From positions 1-44,074 of the forward strand of contig QNXU01000133.1 in assembly GCA_003973485.1 (NCBI GenBank): a stretch of 44,074 bases of DNA. Reading direction: 5' to 3'. The notes below the pieces were generated by a model. It saw only the letters and a program-made list of their open reading frames with translations, did no database searches and was not told the DNA's origin. Below, one piece after another: positions 37,936 through 44,074 of this stretch (position 1 is its first letter; each line of letters opens with the position of its first letter). The stretch is from Bacteroidota bacterium. Its GTDB lineage: Bacteria; Bacteroidota; Bacteroidia; Cytophagales; Cyclobacteriaceae. Position numbers and translations under genes: made by a program.

Positions 37936-40200
37936 TTGGATTTTTTGTATATGGCAATATCAAAATCATTGTTTCGTCCTAGGCATGGGGAACTAGGTCA
38001 TTTAATTATACTCATTTTAATTTTTGAGTGCTTCACCTTTAATGCTTTTTCATATCAAGTTACTGATTCAGTAAAAGCTGCATCAACTGATTCTATTATT
38101 TTCCACAAGTTTGATGGCTCACTTTATAGAGCGAGTTCTTATAGCTACAGAGCTATAGAAGATGAAGATGGTATTATGTTCTTTGGAAATGAAAATGGTC
38201 TGTTAGAATTTGACGGTACACATTGGGAATTACACCAAAAACCAAATTTTGGCCCAGTAGAAAATTTAAAGATTATTGGAGATAAAATTTATACATTAGG
38301 CGGGGGAGATATTGGTTATTTTCAAAGAGATTCTATTGGGAAAATGAAGTACTATTCTTTGAATAATAAACTTGATGAATATGAGATGCCTTATGCTTGG
38401 TTCATAGTTGAGAATAAAGGAAATATATATTACAGTAGCGTTTATGAAGGTATTTATATATATGATGGAGAGCTTGTAGAAAAAATAGCTATAAAAGATG
38501 CTTATTCAATGGTGGAAATTAATAACGAAGTTATAATTTCCATATTTGGAAAAAATGGAGGGTTAGCCAAAATAGTTGGAGATACTATTGAATTCGTCAA
38601 TAAGGAATTCAGTTTTGAAGATGATGCTGCCTATAATATAATACATAATAATGAGGATGAATGGTTAGTTTTTACTTCGGAAGAAGGGTTTTACACATTG
38701 GATCCAGAAACCTATGAAACAGAATTATGGGATACTGAAGCTAACCAGTATTTTCAACAGGATAGCTTGTATTTGTGGACGGTTGAGAAATTCAGGGATT
38801 CTCTTTTTGTAGCTAGTAGTTGGGAAAATGGTCTTGTAGTTTTCAATCATGAGGGAGAGATTTTAAATGTTATAAATGAGGAAAACGGATTAAATACAAA
38901 TTATTACAATGTTGTGAAAAGTGACAGGAGAGGAAACTTGTGGATAACAAATACTCCTGGAATAAATTACCTTAAATGGTATAATGATGATGAAAAACTT
39001 AATTTTGAGCCTCAAGCAAAAGTGCGCTCAATGCGTGTTGGTGACAGTACCATTTATGTCAAAGGGATTAAGGATAAGGTTATTTTAAGAGGTGAAAAGT
39101 CAAAATCTTTTGGTTTGTATTTTTCGGTTCCAAGTTTTATTAAGGAGGATTTAGAGTTCTCCTATTACTTGGAGGGATTTGATGAAAAGTGGTCTGATTG
39201 GACGACAGACACAAGAAAGGAATATACAAATCTGGCAGGCGGTCAGTATATCTTTCATCTTAGAGCAAGAACTTTAGATAATAAAAATTTAGACATCCTT
39301 CCTTTTGAATTTAATATAATAGTCCCAACAAAATGGTATGAGAGCTATGTAACCTATATTGTTCTAGGGTTATTGGTAGGATTATTGATTTTCGGTTTTA
39401 TCAGATATCGTACACATAGATTAAGCATTACAAATAAAAAGTTGGAGTCTATTGTTAAAGAAAGAACCTCAGAATTAAGGTCTCAAAAAGAAAGACTAAA
39501 AAAAGCCAATGAAGAGTTAAAGACTATTAATAATGAATTGGATAATTTTGTTTATCGATCATCGCATGATTTAGTAGCACCCTTGAAATCATTAAGAGGA
39601 TTAATTTCAGTTGCAGGAATGTCAAATAATCCTGATGAAATTAAAGAATATTTTAAGCTAATGAATATTAGCATTAACAAACTTGAAGAATTTATTAAAA
39701 GCATTATGGATTTCTCCACAAATACTAAAAAGCCGCTTGAGATGAAGCTTGTTAAGATGGATACAGTGCTGGACAGTATAGTGGAAGATTTGAAATTTTA
39801 TGCAAATGCTGATAAAGTAGAGTTAATTAGGGCTTATGATTCTGATTTTGAAATAAAAACTGATCCTAAGAGACTTAATATTGTATTGAGTAATTTGGTG
39901 ACAAATGCTCTAAAATATCATGATTTTGAAAAAGATGATGCGCCATATATCAAGGTAAGTACAAAAGTTGAAGACAAATCCTATATTGTTGAGGTTGAAG
40001 ATAATGGTTCAGGTATTCCTAATGAATACCAGAATAAAATTTTTGATATGTTTTTTAGAGCACATCAGGGCACGGAAGGATCAGGATTAGGGTTGTATAT
40101 TGTGGTGGATACACTGAATGTATTAAAAGGAAAAATCGATTTTACTTCTAAAACTAGAGTAGGCACTACTTTTAGAGTTGAACTACCCATAGTAGATTAA
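37936..40200 (+). CDS. Histidine kinase with periplasmic beta-propeller and Y_Y_Y domain
   Basis: Propeller-type repeats, FSYYLEGFD..W..YTNL..GQY, TM helix, SHDL.AP, NLVTNALKY, DNGSG and GSGLGL. Start may be ATG 37951. Confidence 0.9.
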   Translation: MDFLYMAISKSLFRPRHGELGHLIILILIFECFTFNAFSYQVTDSVKAASTDSIIFHKFDGSLYRASSYSYRAIEDEDGIMFFGNENGLLEFDGTHWELHQKPNFGPVENLKIIGDKIYTLGGGDIGYFQRDSIGKMKYYSLNNKLDEYEMPYAWFIVENKGNIYYSSVYEGIYIYDGELVEKIAIKDAYSMVEINNEVIISIFGKNGGLAKIVGDTIEFVNKEFSFEDDAAYNIIHNNEDEWLVFTSEEGFYTLDPETYETELWDTEANQYFQQDSLYLWTVEKFRDSLFVASSWENGLVVFNHEGEILNVINEENGLNTNYYNVVKSDRRGNLWITNTPGINYLKWYNDDEKLNFEPQAKVRSMRVGDSTIYVKGIKDKVILRGEKSKSFGLYFSVPSFIKEDLEFSYYLEGFDEKWSDWTTDTRKEYTNLAGGQYIFHLRARTLDNKNLDILPFEFNIIVPTKWYESYVTYIVLGLLVGLLIFGFIRYRTHRLSITNKKLESIVKERTSELRSQKERLKKANEELKTINNELDNFVYRSSHDLVAPLKSLRGLISVAGMSNNPDEIKEYFKLMNISINKLEEFIKSIMDFSTNTKKPLEMKLVKMDTVLDSIVEDLKFYANADKVELIRAYDSDFEIKTDPKRLNIVLSNLVTNALKYHDFEKDDAPYIKVSTKVEDKSYIVEVEDNGSGIPNEYQNKIFDMFFRAHQGTEGSGLGLYIVVDTLNVLKGKIDFTSKTRVGTTFRVELPIVD

Positions 40201-40204
40201 AGCG

Positions 40205-41738
40205 CTACTCTTCTATTTCCTCATCCAAATCAAGTAAATTTTTTAAATTATAAATTACTTTGTCCAATTCCATTGCACTGGTTTTAAGGTGATTTAATAC
40301 AATAGGGTCTATTTTACCATCCTTAGTTAATTCCATTACATTTATTAAACCAAGAACATTAGCTACTGGTGCTCTCAATTTATGTGAGTTATAATAGGTG
40401 AATTCTGCAATTTGTCTATTCCGCTCATTCAATTTCTGCGTTCGCTCTATTACTCTTTGCTCCAGATTATTATTTAAGTTGTGTAATTCTTTATTCAATT
40501 TTGCAAGCTCTAGTGATTTGGAAGATATTTTCTTTTGATTCTGTTCAATTTCCTCCTTTTGTTGTTTCAATTTGAAATGGGCAATTTTCAATTGAATACT
40601 TTTCCTGCGAAGATATATTATTGATATGATTGAGATAATAAGTGCTAATGCCAATAAAATTAAAAACTGAGTTCTGTTCTCAATTTTATTTGCTAGTTGT
40701 GATTGGTCCAAGGCTAATTTATATCGTTCTTTTTCAATTATATTGAATGCTCAATTTATTAATCTCAGCCCTTGATTCTGAATTGAAAATTGAATCTTTT
40801 ATTTTTAAATATTGATCAAAATAGTAAACTAACGAATCTTTACTTCCTCTGATTTTAAATAAATCAATTTTAGATTGATAAATTTTAAGTAAAAGATCTA
40901 AGGCATTAATTTTTAGAGCCAAAACTTCAGCCAATTTTAAATGTTGGTTGGCATTAACAAAATTATTTTGCTTTATGAATACGCTTGCAATTTCACTATT
41001 GCTCTCAACAATTCCTCGGTCATAATTTATCTCTTCCCAAATTTTCAAACTCTTATAAAGATAAAATAGAGCAGAATCACTTTGGCCAGTCTTGCGATTT
41101 ACTATTCCTTTATATAGGTATGTAAATCCTCTAGATTTTATACTAAAGCTATCTTTATTGAGAATTTGATTGAGATAATAATTAGCGCTATCAAAATTTT
41201 CTTTGAGCATAAATAATTGCCCTAAATTCACCAAAATTAATTCTGGTGAGAATTCTTCAATTTCATCTAATTTGTCTAATGCGAGTTTTATGAATTTAGC
41301 AGATTGAGAATAGTCGGCTTGTTTTTTATAGGTTTCACCAATATTATTAAGCGTTTTTATAACTTCGATTTTATTATCACTTTCTTCAAATAAACTCAAA
41401 GCTTCAAAATATGCTTTTAAAGCAGCATCGTAAATGCCTTGGAGCCAATAGAAAGTGGCTTTTTTGCTTAAGACATAAGGTTTTCCATTTTTATTATTCT
41501 GAGCTTCTAACTTCTTTTCTAATGCTGTTACATAGTAAAGAGCGTCAGTGGGAGAGTAAGTATATAAGGTGCTGGTGATTTCTAGGTATTCTAATACACT
41601 TTCCTCATTTTTGAATTCCTTTTTTGCCAGTTGAGTCTCTAATGAATTTTGTAAAGAATCAGTTTCAGCTGAAAATGCTGAGTATACCATTAAAAATAGT
41701 ATAAGGGGCAATATGGTTTTAAACCAATGGCGATTCAT
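40205..41738 (-). pseudogene. Frameshifted TPR-TM-HisKA sensor (track ORFs 40734-41738 and 40205-40711 are one gene)
   Basis: The minus strand reads CAA TAT AAT TGA (stop, 40734-40736). The +1 frame continues ATT GAA AAA GAA CGA TAT AAA TTA GCC TTG GAC (IEKERYKLALD) into the TM and HisKA part. The joined layout parallels the intact TPR kinase at 24451-26565. Confidence 0.75.
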
Positions 41739-41797
41739 ATAATTTTATTGCCAATAATTTAATCAAAAATTTCTAACGTTATGAATGTTAATTCACG

Positions 41798-42826
41798 CTA
41801 ATTTTTCATAACTAAAGCTTTTAAGGTTTTCACCCAATCTTTATTGTCATTTAAGCTCTCTACTAAATCCCAACGCTCTCCTCCTGCCTCTTCAAATTCT
41901 TCTTTAAATTCCTCTCCTACTTCAATGGTAGTTTCCAAACAATCTGATACAAAAGCTGGTGAAAAGGCTAATACGGATTTCTTTCCATCTTTAGCCAAAT
42001 CTTTCAATACATCATCTGTATAAGGTTTAATCCAAGGATCATTTCCCAATCTGCTTTGGAAGGTTACGGTATATTGCTCTTCTGGTAAATTTAATTCCTT
42101 GGCTATCAAGCGTGCAGTTTGAAAACATTGGGCTCTATAACAAAACCTATTCTTATCATGATAGGCATTACAACAGTTCCCTAATTTACAATAATTTTCT
42201 ACTGATCCTTTTCTGATTTGACGTTCAGGCAAACCGTGGAAACTAAAAATAACATGGTCATACTGATGTTTGTCCAAATATTTTTTACCTAAAGCTGCGA
42301 ATGTTTTGTAAAAACCTGGCTCTTCCACAAAAGTGCTAATGAAATTGATCTGAGGAATAATCTGCCATTTTTGTACAAGTTCCATCACCTTATCATGCAC
42401 GGAACCACTTGTTGCAGATGCATATTGGGGAAATAATGGAATTACTATAATCTTAGCAACTTTATGATTTCTCAATTCCTCCAATGCACTTTTTATACTA
42501 GGAGATTGGTAACGCATCCCTAATGTTACTACATATTGATCGTCTAATTCTTCTTGTAGCATGTCTCTTACATCTTCACCATAGAATTTTAAAGGGGAGC
42601 CTCTTTCCACCCATAATTTTCGATATTCTTTGGCAGATTTAGGAGCTCTGAAGGGAGCAATGATCAGGTTGACCAACATCCAACGGAATAAAAAAGGGAT
42701 GTCAATTACCCTTTTATCCATTAAAAATTCTCGAAGATATTTTCTTACATCTCCTGTTTTTGTGGAATCCGGAGTTCCTAAATTGACCAATAATACGCCT
42801 GTTTTTCCTTGATTTTCTTTTTTCAT
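41798..42826 (-). CDS. hemH: Ferrochelatase
   Basis: LVNLGTP, PLFPQY, FSFHGLP, FQSRLG, SDCLET. Confidence 0.96.
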   Translation of the reverse strand: MKKENQGKTGVLLVNLGTPDSTKTGDVRKYLREFLMDKRVIDIPFLFRWMLVNLIIAPFRAPKSAKEYRKLWVERGSPLKFYGEDVRDMLQEELDDQYVVTLGMRYQSPSIKSALEELRNHKVAKIIVIPLFPQYASATSGSVHDKVMELVQKWQIIPQINFISTFVEEPGFYKTFAALGKKYLDKHQYDHVIFSFHGLPERQIRKGSVENYCKLGNCCNAYHDKNRFCYRAQCFQTARLIAKELNLPEEQYTVTFQSRLGNDPWIKPYTDDVLKDLAKDGKKSVLAFSPAFVSDCLETTIEVGEEFKEEFEEAGGERWDLVESLNDNKDWVKTLKALVMKN

Positions 42827-42871
42827 ATTGGGTTGAATAACCTAAAGAATGATTTATATGTTTTGATTTTC

Positions 42872-42915
42872 TAATAAACCCAAAGTAATATTGCTAAAAT
42901 CATTTGGGTTTATTG
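42872..42915. repeat. Inverted repeat between the GAF gene and hemH
   Basis: AATAAACCCAAA (42873-42884) / TTTGGGTTTATT (42903-42914) with an 18-nt spacer. Confidence 0.6.
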
Positions 42916-42947
42916 GTAAAAAGGCCTGAAAATGTTCTTCTAAATTT

Positions 42948-44074
42948 TTAAGATAGGCCTAATTCTCTTTTTTGTTTTTCAAAAGAAGCTTTTAACTCCG
43001 ATTCATTTTCTTCCAACTTTTTAAGCAAGGATATTTTTAATTCTTTTTGGTAAGCTTTTAATTCATCTAACCCACCTTTTTCAGCACTTTCAATCTTTTT
43101 CTCTAAATCTTCCAATTGTTGAATTAAAGCCTCTTTTTCTGTAAGTAGTGCCTCTAACTTTTGGTATATTTCAGTAATATCAAAGGCAAATTTCACCATT
43201 TTTGAAATTTCACCATTTTGATTTTTTAAGACCGTATAGGATCCCTTAATAATAATTTTCTTTCCATCTTTTGCGTATCTTTCAAAAATTCCATTTTGAA
43301 TTTTACCAGCCCCTAAATTTTCCCAGAATGATTGATAATCTGTTGAATTTGAATATTCATCGCTTACAAAAATCTTATGATGCCTTCCTTTAATTTCATC
43401 AACTGAATTGTATCCAAATAAATTGATAAAGGTTTCGTCAGCGGTAATGATTTCTCCTTCAGGAGTAAATTCGATATAGGCCATTCCGCTTTTTTCCATG
43501 GCCACTAATCTTTCATTACTTTCTTTTTGAGCGCGCTCCATCTCCTCTTGAGTAGCCTGCAATTCCTCCATATTCTGGCGCATTTCTTCCTCTTGAGCGC
43601 GCATTTCCTCCGTCATCTGTTGCGAATCTTCTAGAAGTTTGTTGGTCCTCTCATTAATTTTCACTGACTGGATGGAAGATGCAATATTTTCCCCTACATC
43701 TTCTATGAATTTTCTCTCATTTTCAGTGAATTCAGTAAAAGTTCCGATTTCAATTACACCGTATACTTTCTCATTTGCAATTAGCGGAACTATAAAAATA
43801 CTTTTTGGAGTTGCTTTTCCCAATCCGGAAGTGATGGAAATATAGTGCTCTGGTAATTCTTTCATGTAAACAGATTGCTTTTCAAGATAAACCTGTCCGA
43901 CTAATCCTTGACCTGCTTGAATGGTCTTTTCTAAAAATTTCTTTCTATCATAAGCATAAGTGGCTGTTAAATGCAGTACCTCTTCTCCGTTTTCATCTTC
44001 ATCTACAATAAAGATACTTCCTTGATTGGCGCTAAGGTAATTCACCATAAAGGTGATCACATGGTCGCTTAATT
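42948..44074 (-). CDS. GAF + coiled coil + PAS sensor protein; 5' end outside the window
   Basis: GAF (GQGLVGQVY..IVPLI..GVIEI), EEMRAQEEEMRQNMEELQATQEEM linker, PAS (FGY..IKGRHH..FWENL). The frame is open to the right edge (LSDHVIT). Confidence 0.85.
   Translation of the reverse strand, partial: LSDHVITFMVNYLSANQGSIFIVDEDENGEEVLHLTATYAYDRKKFLEKTIQAGQGLVGQVYLEKQSVYMKELPEHYISITSGLGKATPKSIFIVPLIANEKVYGVIEIGTFTEFTENERKFIEDVGENIASSIQSVKINERTNKLLEDSQQMTEEMRAQEEEMRQNMEELQATQEEMERAQKESNERLVAMEKSGMAYIEFTPEGEIITADETFINLFGYNSVDEIKGRHHKIFVSDEYSNSTDYQSFWENLGAGKIQNGIFERYAKDGKKIIIKGSYTVLKNQNGEISKMVKFAFDITEIYQKLEALLTEKEALIQQLEDLEKKIESAEKGGLDELKAYQKELKISLLKKLEENESELKASFEKQKRELGLS

Overview
AT-rich chromosomal window from a Bacteroidota bacterium, probably Cytophagales (Marivirga-like). 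This is inferred from TAnnTTTG promoters, mostly SD-less A-rich starts, sprE/gldE and an atp operon lacking atpDC. The content is mostly housekeeping. In order: partial PBP1A and porW/sprE (minus), divergent from M23 peptidase-bactofilin-atpZ/I-atpBEFHAG; a CBS protein; a minus-strand run of 2H phosphoesterase, ComEA-like protein, DUF4011 SF1 helicase and SAM methyltransferase; a lipoprotein plus DUF5723-like barrel pair; an orphan SiaB-like kinase; purKE; a TPR histidine kinase; a degenerate thiamine-pyrophosphokinase-like gene; S1/P1 nuclease; uvrB; DUF302; a CNNM paralog, gldE, ssb and mutY; HU, a TPR protein, bS22 (30 aa, missed by the ORF track) and Rne/Rng; a propeller histidine kinase; a frameshifted TPR-HisKA-only sensor; hemH; and a partial GAF-PAS protein. 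I saw no tRNA, rRNA, CRISPR array or mobile element. Best leads: a possible in-place xenologous replacement of the Fo part of the atp operon, the Hhe-like helicase with an apparently degenerate nuclease domain, the lipoprotein/barrel pair, the unannotated bS22 gene with competing hairpins before rng, and several output-less orphan sensors. None is proven to be a new system. All family assignments come from motif recognition, not database searches.
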